This document shows, piece after piece, positions 36,510 to 47,431 of a stretch of 64,000 bases of DNA (positions are counted from its first letter, which is position 1; each line of letters opens with the position of its first letter). Position numbers and translations under genes: made by a program. This stretch comes from Limisphaerales bacterium (lineage in GTDB: Bacteria; Verrucomicrobiota; Verrucomicrobiia; Limisphaerales; JAJOIW01), in the NCBI GenBank assembly GCA_965657355.1, contig CBFHOE010000003.1:405520-469519 (forward strand), read 5' to 3'. A model generated the notes under the pieces. It made no database searches. It was not told the DNA's origin and saw only the letters and a list, made by a program, of their open reading frames with translations.

Positions 36510-37742
36510 ATGGTTAATACTCAGGGATCAACCCAACGATCATTACCACAATTCGTCGATATATTTAATAATATAAATTTTGGACACCTCAACGAATTGG
36601 TATCTGTAGCAACGGAAAATGACATACAGCGTATTCTGGACAAACGCGTTCTTAATTTTGAGGACTTCGCCATGCTCCTTTCCGATGCAGCCACAAATAA
36701 ATTAGAACTTTTATGCCAGAGATCTTCATTGCTTACCCAACAAAGATTTGGAAAAGTCATCCGTCTTTTTGCCCCCCTATATGTCTCAAATGAGTGTATC
36801 AACAATTGTCAATACTGTGGATTTAGTAGAGATAATAATATTCTCAGACTAACTCTTTCTATTGATGATGTTATTAAAGAGGCCAAGGACTTGTATCAAA
36901 AAGGATTCAGAAACATACTACTGGTCGCGGGAGAGCATCCAAAATACGTTTCTAACGGTTACATGAATGAGTGTATAAAAGCCATTAGAGATTTTATTCC
37001 AACTATCGGGCTTGAAATCGGACCAATGGAGTCCGTTGATTATCAACCCCTCGTTAAAGAAGGAGCAGAGGGGCTCGTTGTCTATCAAGAAACTTATGAT
37101 AGGTCCGTGTATTCAAATATGCATACCGCAGGCCCTAAAAAAGATTTTGATTGGAGATTAGAAACTCCCGAGCGGGCATATCAAGCTGGATTTCGCAGGA
37201 TAGGGATTGGTGCTCTTTTTGGCTTGGCCGATTGGAGATATGAGGCCATGGCACTTGCTAGCCATGCGCAATTCCTAACCAGAAAATGTTGGAAGTCCAG
37301 TTTTACAGTTTCATTTCCCAGGCTTCGCCCATGCGCTGGAGAGTTTCAGCCGCTCACCGAATTATCGGATAGGCATTTAGTCCAATTGGTTGCAGCTTTT
37401 AGATTATTGTTACCTGATATTGGAATTGTGCTTTCAACTCGAGAGCCCTCAATTTTGCGAGATGGTCTTCTCCCTTTGGGGATTACCCATGCCAGCGCCG
37501 GTAGTCACACTGAACCCGGTGGATACACGGGCGCTGGAAAGCAAGATTTACACCACACATTGCGTGGGAGAAGAGTAGAAGCTGATCTTGGGTCTGTAGA
37601 CGAAAATTCTGCAACGGGACAATTTGATATTTCAGATAATCGTTCGCCAGAGCAAGTGGCATCATTTTTACATTCCATTGGATATGAACCTGTATGGAAA
37701 GATTGGGACCTTGGGCTTTGTCCCGCTAATAAAACAATTTAA
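36510..37742 (+). CDS. thiH: 2-iminoacetate synthase (radical SAM)
   Basis: FAPLYVSNECINNCQYCGF, YQETY, SFPRLRP, LSTRE, SAGSHTEPGGY, QFDISDNRS, PVWKDWD. Confidence 0.95.
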   Translation: MVNTQGSTQRSLPQFVDIFNNINFGHLNELVSVATENDIQRILDKRVLNFEDFAMLLSDAATNKLELLCQRSSLLTQQRFGKVIRLFAPLYVSNECINNCQYCGFSRDNNILRLTLSIDDVIKEAKDLYQKGFRNILLVAGEHPKYVSNGYMNECIKAIRDFIPTIGLEIGPMESVDYQPLVKEGAEGLVVYQETYDRSVYSNMHTAGPKKDFDWRLETPERAYQAGFRRIGIGALFGLADWRYEAMALASHAQFLTRKCWKSSFTVSFPRLRPCAGEFQPLTELSDRHLVQLVAAFRLLLPDIGIVLSTREPSILRDGLLPLGITHASAGSHTEPGGYTGAGKQDLHHTLRGRRVEADLGSVDENSATGQFDISDNRSPEQVASFLHSIGYEPVWKDWDLGLCPANKTI

Positions 37743-37747
37743 TTTTC

Positions 37748-38188
37748 ATGAACGTTGAAATACTTACAATTTGTGATGCTGCCACGACGACTCCTGGCGG
37801 AAAACTAAACATACTCGGGGCATTTGATGTTTTAAACGTTAATAAATTTCCTGCAGCCCATCCTCAATGTGCCATTGCAATGAGGATACGTTTTTCCAGA
37901 ATTGAAGAAGGAAAGCACAAAGTTGTTTTATCCTTTGTTGATGATGATGGAAAAAGAGTTATGCCTGATATTCAAGGCGAAATGATTGTTGGAAGTGCAG
38001 GTGACGAGCCTTCGGTTGTCACGAACCTGGTTATAAATATTCACCAGCTAAAACTCCCTAAGCCTGGGCATTATTCCGTTGATTTAGCCATTGACTCTCG
38101 TCATGAAATTTCACTTCCGTTGTTCGTTCGTGATACTTCTCAAAATGTTTCAAATGGGAGCGATAGTGATGGGAATGGAAAAAATTGA
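37748..38188 (+). CDS. Conserved hypothetical protein (DUF6941-like)
   Basis: ICDAA...GKLNILGAFD...FPAAHP...PGHY beta-sandwich pattern. Confidence 0.7.
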   Translation: MNVEILTICDAATTTPGGKLNILGAFDVLNVNKFPAAHPQCAIAMRIRFSRIEEGKHKVVLSFVDDDGKRVMPDIQGEMIVGSAGDEPSVVTNLVINIHQLKLPKPGHYSVDLAIDSRHEISLPLFVRDTSQNVSNGSDSDGNGKN

Positions 38189-38220
38189 CAATTTTTATCA
38201 TAAAATTTAGGCCCCTCTAA

Positions 38221-39156
38221 GTGATTGCTTTCGTTGCTTTATTCTTTGCTATGCTGTTTTGGGGAACCTCTTTCGCCATCACAAAGGAAGCAGTAGAGAA
38301 TTTAGACCCTATATTTGTCATGTTTGTGAGGTTAGCGGTAGCCTCACTGTTTTTTATTTTATGGTCCCCACTCTGGGACTGGAAAAAAATCCGAAGCTCT
38401 CTTAATCCAGGTGATAAAATTCTGATTGCGTTTTTGGTATTGAGCGAGCCTTGCTTGTATTTTTTATGTGAGACGTATGCTCTGAAATTCACCACCGCAA
38501 GTGCCGCTGGCGTTATCACTGGGCTTTTTCCGCTTACAATAGCCGCGGGTGCATGGGTTTTCTTTCAGATCAAATCCTCGGTAATGTTTTGGCTTGGCTG
38601 TCTTTTGGCCGTTGCTGGTGTTACGTTTCTGACTATAGTGAGTCATGCACATGAAGTTGCGCCGAAGCCAGTGATTGGGAATACTTTAATGCTATGCGCT
38701 GTGGCACTTGGGACGGCTTATACTTTGCTCGCCTCGAAATTATCTTCACGAATAAATCCAATTTTCCTTACAGCCCTCCAAGCTTGGGGGGGGGCAATCT
38801 TTTATTTAATTCTCTGTTTTATACCAGTTGGAAGAATCGATGGATTAGCTTATTCAGACGTCGTGTCTTTTGGTCATTGGCCTGATGGGGTTACTCAAAA
38901 AGAGATGGTCCGTTTGGTTTATTTAGGAATTTTTGTGTCGGCAGGCTCGTATGGCTTGTACATTTTTGCAGTTTCTCAATTGTCCCCGACTACAATTGCC
39001 ATATTAATAAATTTTATCCCCATACTCGCGGTTGTCTTTGCCGTTTACTATCTTGGTGAAAGTTTGTCACTTTTACAGGTTTTAGCGATAGTTACCGTTT
39101 TGATCGGTATTTTTGTTGCTTCATTTTCCAAAAGAAAAACATCAGGGCACGGCTGA
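38221..39156 (+). CDS. DMT/EamA family transporter
   Basis: FWGTSF, about 10 TM helices in two EamA repeats, YLGIF, LGESLS. Confidence 0.9.
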   Translation: MIAFVALFFAMLFWGTSFAITKEAVENLDPIFVMFVRLAVASLFFILWSPLWDWKKIRSSLNPGDKILIAFLVLSEPCLYFLCETYALKFTTASAAGVITGLFPLTIAAGAWVFFQIKSSVMFWLGCLLAVAGVTFLTIVSHAHEVAPKPVIGNTLMLCAVALGTAYTLLASKLSSRINPIFLTALQAWGGAIFYLILCFIPVGRIDGLAYSDVVSFGHWPDGVTQKEMVRLVYLGIFVSAGSYGLYIFAVSQLSPTTIAILINFIPILAVVFAVYYLGESLSLLQVLAIVTVLIGIFVASFSKRKTSGHG

Positions 39157-39578
39157 GTCACAAGGTAGCGCACACGCAAGGAATTGCTGGCGCGACGGCA
39201 GCCACATATCTATACACAATGGCATTCTGTTAACTGGATCGCTGCCTCGCTTTCTATGAGAGACTTAATACAAATTCCCACTTGAGTCATCATTGCTCAG
39301 GATAATCTCGGTTTTATATGTTTTCACTCCCCGCATTATTGTGTTGGGTTCAAGTTTGTGGTCGTGCCCACCTTTGGCTAATGAGCGAATTATTGTACTG
39401 CAATTTGGGTTCCCATTTACAAGGGCTATTTTAACTCTGAACCAAATAGCTTAAGGTATTTGATTTCCATGAAATTTTGCGACCAATCAGTATCAAAGTG
39501 GGGGATATTAATAAAAACACCTCATGGTTGATCTTTCCCCATCATAAAACCACACACGTGATTTGTGGGGTAAAGCCT

Positions 39579-39606
39579 AAAAAAAGAGGGCACTAAAGGT
39601 GCCCTC
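39579..39606 (-). terminator. Rho-independent terminator
   Basis: Minus strand GAGGGCAC-CTTTA-GTGCCCTC followed by a T run, after the HAD gene. Confidence 0.85.
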
Positions 39607-39637
39607 ATCCCAGTTTAAAATGAGTAATTTTATTCCT

Positions 39638-40525
<888 letters not shown>

Positions 40526-40573
40526 GTTCTCTTTTTTAAGTTCTTTGTGATGGTTAGTCTGGTGGAAATCAGA

Positions 40574-40599
40574 AACCCCTCCATTTTTTTGGAGGGGTT
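40574..40599 (-). terminator. Hairpin between gnd and the HAD gene
   Basis: AACCCCTCCA-N6-TGGAGGGGTT, with only a short U tail. Confidence 0.5.
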
Positions 40600-40621
40600 G
40601 TGTAAAAATTATCAGCTATGA

Positions 40622-42076
40622 TTAAGCGTTGTAAGTCGATGAGGAAACATCTCCTCCTCTGCCTGTCCAATTGGTGTGGAAGAATTCACCTCTCGGCTGG
40701 TCTAACCTTTCATAGGTATGAGCTCCGAAATAATCGCGCTGAGCCTGCAATAGGTTTGCTGGAAGTTTTTCAGTTCTGTAGCTGTCGTAAAAAGCAAGCG
40801 CTGATGCGAATGCCGGACATGGAATTCCTTTTTTTGCGGCTGTCGCAACGACGTTTCTCCAACCTTTTTGATTTACCCTAACTTCTCTTTTGAAGAAAGT
40901 GTCGAGGAGAAGATTGGGTAGCTTAGGTTTTTTGGTGTAGGCTTCTTTGATTTTACCGAGAAATCTGCTTCGGATGATACATCCACCTCTCCACATAAGA
41001 GCAATATTTCCGTAATTTAGCTTCCAACCGTATTCTTTTGCTGCTGCTCTCAAAAGCATGAAGCCTTGAGCGTAAGATACGATTTTGGATGCATAAAGGG
41101 CTTCTTTGATTTGAACGATGAATTTAGCTTTGTCGCTTGTTATAGACGGCTTAGGGCCTCTTAGTTTTGTGGAAGCATTGACACGCTCTTCTTTGAGGGC
41201 AGAGACACATCTCGAGTAAACTGCTTCGGCAATCAAACTGACAGGCATACCCATCTCCTGGCTGGCGATAACGGTCCATTTTCCAGTCCCTTTTTGACCT
41301 GCTGTATCCAAAATCTTATCAACCAGTCCTTCATTATTTTCATCTTTGTAGCCGAGGATATCTCTGGTGATTTCAATCAGATAGGAATCCAGTTCTCCTT
41401 TGTTCCAATCATCAAACACATCGCGCATTTCGTCATTAGACATACCCAGGCCATCGCGCATTAAATGGTATGCTTCACAAATCAACTGCATGTCTCCGTA
41501 TTCGATTCCGTTGTGAACCATTTTGACGAAATGGCCGGCTCCATCCTTTCCAACCCAGTCGCAGCATGGTGAATCATCTTCTACTTTTGCGGAAATACTT
41601 TGGAAGATATCTTTAACGTATGGCCAAGCTTCTTGAGAGCCTCCAGGCATGATACTAGGTCCAGTGCGGGCCCCTTCCTCTCCACCAGAAACACCTGTGC
41701 CTATGAAAAAGAATCCCTTTTTCTCAAGGTATTTTGTTCTTCGAATGCTATCCCCGTAAAGCGAGTTTCCGCCGTCTATAATGATATCGCCCGGCTCTAA
41801 ATAAGGGATGACTTGTTCGATGAAGTCGTCAACGGCTTGCCCTGCTTTGACTAGCATCATGACACGACGAGGTCGCTTCAGCTGGGAAACCATTTCTGGG
41901 ATACTTTTGGCGCCGATGACTTTAGTCCCGCGAGCTTCGCGAGCCAAGAATCTGTCCACTTTTTCAACTGTCCGGTTGTAAACAACAACGGTATATCCAT
42001 GGTCGTCCATGTTCAGAACAAGGTTCTGTCCCATGACCGCCAGGCCTATCAATGCAATGTCAGCTTTCGGTTCCAT
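40622..42076 (-). CDS. gnd: 6-phosphogluconate dehydrogenase (NADP, decarboxylating)
   Basis: IGLAVMGQN, IDGGN, GVSGGEEGA, KMVHNGIEY, QKGTGKW, QAQRDYFGAH. Confidence 0.98.
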   Translation of the reverse strand: MEPKADIALIGLAVMGQNLVLNMDDHGYTVVVYNRTVEKVDRFLAREARGTKVIGAKSIPEMVSQLKRPRRVMMLVKAGQAVDDFIEQVIPYLEPGDIIIDGGNSLYGDSIRRTKYLEKKGFFFIGTGVSGGEEGARTGPSIMPGGSQEAWPYVKDIFQSISAKVEDDSPCCDWVGKDGAGHFVKMVHNGIEYGDMQLICEAYHLMRDGLGMSNDEMRDVFDDWNKGELDSYLIEITRDILGYKDENNEGLVDKILDTAGQKGTGKWTVIASQEMGMPVSLIAEAVYSRCVSALKEERVNASTKLRGPKPSITSDKAKFIVQIKEALYASKIVSYAQGFMLLRAAAKEYGWKLNYGNIALMWRGGCIIRSRFLGKIKEAYTKKPKLPNLLLDTFFKREVRVNQKGWRNVVATAAKKGIPCPAFASALAFYDSYRTEKLPANLLQAQRDYFGAHTYERLDQPRGEFFHTNWTGRGGDVSSSTYNA

Positions 42077-42293
42077 TAAAAATTCTCAAATTCCTAAAAA
42101 GGACATCAAAATTAACTAAATCTCTGTCAGTTTCCAGTAGTTTTTGTAGTTTTTTCCCTGATTAGGCCCAAATCCTTTTATTTATGACTTAATTGTAAAC
42201 TTAATTTAACTCTTAAATGAAATTGGAATATCCCCAAAATTCGTAACTCTGGTTGGTTTGACTAAATAAAGATTAGGTTATAATTATTATTCA

Positions 42294-43214
42294 ATGTTTT
42301 CCCAAAGTTCATTTAAGAAAGGAGCTCTGCTACTTACCGGCTTGGTTTTCATGCAGCTTGGGCTATTGCGGTCTCAGGATGCGAATGCAGAATCAGCTGC
42401 CAATTTGACCAAAACCTATTGTCTGGCTTGCCACCAAGTGGACAAAAAAATTGTGGGCCCTTCGTTTGTTGAAATGGCCTCAATATATAAAGACAATCCG
42501 GGAGGGTTAGTATTGTGGGCCATGAATCCGGGAAAAAAGCGCCCTGAAACTATCCAGATGCCATCAATGGCGTTTATTGGAGAGGAAAAGCTCACCAGAA
42601 TTGCGGAATACATTTTAAAAGAAGCTGAAGGCAAAGAAGAGGTGCAATCGACAGGCAGCGTGAGTTCGGAAATTCCCTCTCTTGTTGATCCAGCGAGACC
42701 AAAAGTGCAAAGGATCTTTATGCCTGATGCAAGTCCCGCATCCATTGCCGTGGCCATGCCGGGAAACCTTTCCTATTGTTGGGATTCGACTTCCTGCAAA
42801 CTGCGATACGTTTGGAAGGGCCAATTTATCGAGCCCATGCCGGTATGGAAAGGAAATGGCAATGGGCTGGCAAAGATAATGGGAGAAAAAGTCCTGATAA
42901 CTGGCAAGCCGAGCCAAGCCTTTTTTAAGTCTGATAGCCAGCCCAAATTTATGGGATATAGGACAATTGATGGGCTTCCTGAATTCACCTACATGATCGG
43001 ATCTCAAAAAATTTCAGAGCTTATCCTTCCACTAAACGATGGTTCCGGCATTACTCAGATTTTCACCATCACCAGTGCCGGGTCTCAAGTCATCATGGAT
43101 TTATCATATTCCTCAAACCACCAAACGACTGTTTCCACAGGAACTCTCGACAACGGCATTTGGAGGGTTGATTCCAGTCCACATAATGTGATCTCACTTA
43201 CTACCAAATTTTAA
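42294..43214 (+). CDS. Secreted c-type cytochrome with C-terminal beta domain
   Basis: Signal peptide, CLACH, VGPSF, distal Met in QMPSM, then RIFMPDASPASIAV...LRYVWKG. Confidence 0.85.
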   Translation: MFSQSSFKKGALLLTGLVFMQLGLLRSQDANAESAANLTKTYCLACHQVDKKIVGPSFVEMASIYKDNPGGLVLWAMNPGKKRPETIQMPSMAFIGEEKLTRIAEYILKEAEGKEEVQSTGSVSSEIPSLVDPARPKVQRIFMPDASPASIAVAMPGNLSYCWDSTSCKLRYVWKGQFIEPMPVWKGNGNGLAKIMGEKVLITGKPSQAFFKSDSQPKFMGYRTIDGLPEFTYMIGSQKISELILPLNDGSGITQIFTITSAGSQVIMDLSYSSNHQTTVSTGTLDNGIWRVDSSPHNVISLTTKF

Positions 43215-43234
43215 TCCTTCAAATAACTGCACCA

Positions 43235-44776
43235 ATGCTACAAATGATCAATTTGAAAAGAACCGCTTTTTTCTGTTTATTCCTTGCCATTCACTCACTC
43301 AGCCACGGACAAGCAGATATATCCAAGCATTACCTTGTAGAGGATGTTCCTACACCTATTGGAATGGACCCCCAAGTTGGAGGTATTGATTTTACACCTG
43401 ATGGAAGGTTGGCCGCTTGTTTTCATCGAGGAGAAGTCTACACATTCAACCCCAGCACTGGAGTCTGGAAACTCTTTGCCGAAGGTCTGCAGGAGCCCTT
43501 AGGCCTCGTTGCCGTTTCCAATCATGAACTGGTCGTTATGCAGCGGTCAGAATTAACACGTCTCCAGGACCTGGATCTCGATGGTAAAGCGGATGCTTAC
43601 ACGAATCTATGGAATGGTTTTGGCATGACAGGTAACTATCATGAATTTGCATTCGGGCCAGTGCGAGATGCCCAAGGCAATTTTTACGTCTCACTAAATC
43701 TCGCATCAAACGGCGCTTCGATTAGACCTGAAATTCGTGGCCAATTTCACCCTATTGGCCTGGCTAAAGAAGATTTTTACGATAAGCCGTGGTCGAAGGT
43801 TAAGAATATCGCTGGAAGAATGTATTCTAGGGTTCCATGGAGAGGGTGGGTAATCAAGGTGTCACCAAACGGAAAAGTTCAACCCTTTGCCAGCGGGTTT
43901 CGCTCCCCTAATGGTTTGGGCTTTGACAATAAGGGCAATCTTTTTGTAACTGACAATCAAGGCGACTGGCTAGGAACAAGCAAATGTTATCATGTTCAAA
44001 AAGGTGGCTTTTATGGCCATCCTGCATCACTTGTCTGGAAAAATGACTGGAACGAAAACCCATTGGAGACGCCAGTTGAAAAGCTAAATCAATTGAGAAG
44101 TCCTGCAGCCTTCTTATTCCCGCAAGGTGAAGTTGCGAATTCTCCGACACAACCTATATGCGATACCACCGGAGGTAAATTTGGTCCTTTTGATGGTCAG
44201 ATGCTGGTAGGAGAAATGAATGTTCCTCGCATTCTGAGACTACTCCAGGACGAAGTCGATGGTAATGTCCAGGGGGCTGTCGTGACCTTCATTGAAAATG
44301 CCGGTTTGAGAAGAGGTATCCATAGGCTTGCATTCAGCCCGGACAAAAAATCTCTCTATATCGGACAGACGGCACTATCATGGGCCGGCTCAAAAGGGAT
44401 TCAGCGCATCAAATATACAGGCGTTAGCCCGATGGAAATTGTTGGCATCAAGGCTATGAAAAAAGGTTTCAAGCTCTCCTTCAATCAAAAGATTGGAATG
44501 GATAGTGTGTCTTCACTCCCATCAACCTATAAAACCTGGACTTACCATTACCATAAATCCTACGGTTCCCCTAAAGTTGACGCTCAAGAAACTAAACTGA
44601 AATCAATCCGTATCTCGGATGATGGGAAATCGCTCTTTTTTGAAACGGAGCCACATAAAAAAGGGTTCATACATGAATTTAATATTGCAGGGTTGAAATC
44701 CCAAGACGGTACCAAACTCATCAATGGCAAAGTGACATACCACATGGTGGAAACCCCTGCTGCCAAAAGCCTTTGA
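43235..44776 (+). CDS. Secreted beta-propeller protein (glucose/sorbosone dehydrogenase-like, PVC type)
   Basis: GGIDFTPDG, EGLQEPLG, GNYHEFAFGP, GFRSPNG, TDNQGDW, FGPFDGQ, YHYHKSYGSP. Confidence 0.8.
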   Translation: MLQMINLKRTAFFCLFLAIHSLSHGQADISKHYLVEDVPTPIGMDPQVGGIDFTPDGRLAACFHRGEVYTFNPSTGVWKLFAEGLQEPLGLVAVSNHELVVMQRSELTRLQDLDLDGKADAYTNLWNGFGMTGNYHEFAFGPVRDAQGNFYVSLNLASNGASIRPEIRGQFHPIGLAKEDFYDKPWSKVKNIAGRMYSRVPWRGWVIKVSPNGKVQPFASGFRSPNGLGFDNKGNLFVTDNQGDWLGTSKCYHVQKGGFYGHPASLVWKNDWNENPLETPVEKLNQLRSPAAFLFPQGEVANSPTQPICDTTGGKFGPFDGQMLVGEMNVPRILRLLQDEVDGNVQGAVVTFIENAGLRRGIHRLAFSPDKKSLYIGQTALSWAGSKGIQRIKYTGVSPMEIVGIKAMKKGFKLSFNQKIGMDSVSSLPSTYKTWTYHYHKSYGSPKVDAQETKLKSIRISDDGKSLFFETEPHKKGFIHEFNIAGLKSQDGTKLINGKVTYHMVETPAAKSL

Positions 44777-44786
44777 TGACAGACTT

Positions 44787-45203
44787 TTAATTTATTTTGG
44801 GTCGATTTGGTTTTTGGCCCTTCCTTTTCTTTGGTTTTTTCCTGGGCGGAATTAATGGCACATATTCCGTTTTGGGAGCCTTAGATTTTGACCGACATTG
44901 GGGGCAAATATTATACGGGCGGGAAGGACGAAACTGAGCCCTCGAAAATACGATACCAGAAACGATCATCAACAAAATAGAGATGACGTAGGCCAAAGTT
45001 TCTTGAACAAATAATATACCAAATGCGATCAGGATGAGGGACAAAAAACTTGCCCAGTCAATACTCTTTAACCCTCGCTCGAGCCTTGTTCGTGCCCTTC
45101 CTACATAACCACATTTTATGCATTCCCAACGGTTTTTCTGGGAATTCTCTTCTCCTTCCATACGGAAATGAGATTGCTTTGAAGAATCTTCATCCTTCAT
45201 CAT
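44787..45203 (-). CDS. Small membrane protein with split Zn-ribbon (CxxC-TM-TM-CxxC)
   Basis: CIKCGYVG, two hydrophobic helices, CPQCRS, basic tail. Confidence 0.65.
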   Translation of the reverse strand: MMKDEDSSKQSHFRMEGEENSQKNRWECIKCGYVGRARTRLERGLKSIDWASFLSLILIAFGILFVQETLAYVISILLMIVSGIVFSRAQFRPSRPYNICPQCRSKSKAPKTEYVPLIPPRKKPKKRKGQKPNRPKIN

Positions 45204-45326
45204 TCATCATTCAAATTATTAAAATTATAGGATCCTCTTTTTTAGTCACGGGGCATTTTTTCGTCAATGAGATTTCCGCGAGAAATTTCCTTTAAACGAC
45301 GAATCTTAATCATTATTATTGAGGGA

Positions 45327-47420
45327 ATGAACTCGCGACGATCTTTCCTCAAGGCTTCATCCACTGCTTTCCTTTCGTCGGTTTTAGTCAATTCACAACC
45401 ACATCTTTCAGGCTCAACAAATGACATCGAAATGTCTGCAGGGGAGTTGTTCACCAAAAACTACCTCCAAGATTATTACCTGAAGAAGCTTTCATATAAT
45501 TCGTTTATAAGGTCTGCAGAAAGACGGGGTGTCCTCACTGCAATGGATGTGGAGCGTTTAAAGGATGAAGTCAAAAAAAAGACGAGGTCGTGCTATGGTA
45601 GGCTTCCTAAAAAAACACCTTTAAATGTTAAAATAACAGGCGAGACCAAGCGAGAGTCTTACGTCATCCAAAACCTTATTTATCACAGCAGACCAAATTA
45701 TCCCGTAACGGCAAATCTATATCTGCCTAAAGATGGCCCTGAAAAGAAACCTGCTGTTTTATGCACTTGCGGTCATTCGTCTAATGGCAAGGCCTATGGT
45801 CTTTATCAAGAATTCGCCAGGCATCTTGCAAGAATGGGATATATTTCACTGATTTATGATCCACCAGGACAGGGTGAAAGGATTGAATACAATAATATTC
45901 CCGCTAAAAGAAACATACGGCACGGCACATACGTACATAACCACTTAGGTAATCTGATGTCACTCAATGGTGATAATTTTGCAGCCTGGGCGGCTTGGGA
46001 CGGAATTAGAGGTATTGACTATTTAGTATCTCGGCCGGATGTAGATCCCAAAAGAATTGGAGTTACGGGAAATTCTGGTGGTGGGACCCAGTCTTCTCAC
46101 ATCAACTGCCTGGATGATAGGCTAGCATTTAGTGCCCCGAGCTGTTTTGTTACCCAATTTATATACAATTTGAAGAACGAGTTACCTACCGATGCAGAGC
46201 AAGTTATCCCTGGATGGATAAATCAGGGACTGGATATGGCAGACTTTTTTGTGCCCCACATCCCAAGACCAGTCATTCTCATTGGTCAGAAAAAAGACTT
46301 TTTTGATTATCGAGGACTCAATGCCGTATATGAGGAGCTTAAACGCCTATACACCATCGCAGGAAAGCCGGAAAATATACAACTTCATCTTGGTCCCGGT
46401 TCCCATGGCTTTCATCCAGACGGTAGAACGGCCATGTACAAGTTCTTTAATTCATTTTCAGGTGTTGAAGCTTCTTTGATAGAACCAGATGAGGATGTTG
46501 AGGACGACTCCATACTTCACGCATCGCCCCAAGGTCGTATTTTAAATCTCAGCCCCAAAACGACTTGGGATTTTATTGCTGAAAAAGCACAAAGAATTTG
46601 CGAAAGGCGAAAACAACTCTCTATTTCCGGGCGGCTTCCTAAGTTGGTTCAAGAGGCATTGGCCATCGAGGTTTCTGAATATAAAAATTCAGTGCCTGGT
46701 CATATTAGATTTGATCCAGTATCATTCAAAAATGATGGTCCGTTCACAGGAGATATAAATTGTGTCGCCTCATATTTGATTTCTAATGAACCTCCGTCTC
46801 ATTGTTTTTTGCAGCGACATGAATGGGCTAACCCGTCGGCTGATGAAAAGATGATGGATTCCAGTGTTCATCTCCACGTTTCTCATCTTTCCTCCAAAGA
46901 AGATTTAAAAAACACAGAGGTGCTGAACCTATTATCAAAAACTTCCCAAGTTCTGTATACCCTTGATGTTCGAGGGTCAGGACCTTTGCACATAAATATA
47001 GCAGGGGATAGAGGGGGCGATTTTCTTCAGTATTACGGAGGTGATTACATGTACGCCAACCATGGTTTATTACTGAGTTCTCCTCTCTCAGGTCGTCGAG
47101 TTCTTGATGTTTTATCTTCTTTTCAGTGGTTGAGATCGCGAGGGTATAAAAATATTTCTGTCTCAGGTCGTGGTATAGGATCCCTTTATGTTCAGCTCGC
47201 CGTTGCATTGGATCCAAAAATACAATCAGTGACCCTCATCGAAAATCTCGATTCTTTCGAATCGCTCACGAAAAACCCTCGATATCAGTGGCCATTTTCG
47301 GCGATGATTCCTGGTGTTCTCAGATATTTTGATTTGCCACAAGTAAGGAATTACTTATCCGAAAGGCTTGATTTAAAAATTGTTTCTAACCTATCTTCCG
47401 ATCAACTGCATATTAAATAA
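45327..47420 (+). CDS. Tat-exported alpha/beta hydrolase (acetyl xylan esterase-like), tandem domains
   Basis: SRRSFLK signal, VTANLYLP, CGHS, RIGVTGNSGGG nucleophile elbow. The second domain has SGRGIG. ATG 45327 preferred. Confidence 0.85.
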   Translation: MNSRRSFLKASSTAFLSSVLVNSQPHLSGSTNDIEMSAGELFTKNYLQDYYLKKLSYNSFIRSAERRGVLTAMDVERLKDEVKKKTRSCYGRLPKKTPLNVKITGETKRESYVIQNLIYHSRPNYPVTANLYLPKDGPEKKPAVLCTCGHSSNGKAYGLYQEFARHLARMGYISLIYDPPGQGERIEYNNIPAKRNIRHGTYVHNHLGNLMSLNGDNFAAWAAWDGIRGIDYLVSRPDVDPKRIGVTGNSGGGTQSSHINCLDDRLAFSAPSCFVTQFIYNLKNELPTDAEQVIPGWINQGLDMADFFVPHIPRPVILIGQKKDFFDYRGLNAVYEELKRLYTIAGKPENIQLHLGPGSHGFHPDGRTAMYKFFNSFSGVEASLIEPDEDVEDDSILHASPQGRILNLSPKTTWDFIAEKAQRICERRKQLSISGRLPKLVQEALAIEVSEYKNSVPGHIRFDPVSFKNDGPFTGDINCVASYLISNEPPSHCFLQRHEWANPSADEKMMDSSVHLHVSHLSSKEDLKNTEVLNLLSKTSQVLYTLDVRGSGPLHINIAGDRGGDFLQYYGGDYMYANHGLLLSSPLSGRRVLDVLSSFQWLRSRGYKNISVSGRGIGSLYVQLAVALDPKIQSVTLIENLDSFESLTKNPRYQWPFSAMIPGVLRYFDLPQVRNYLSERLDLKIVSNLSSDQLHIK

Positions 47421-47431
47421 TGATTTTATCA

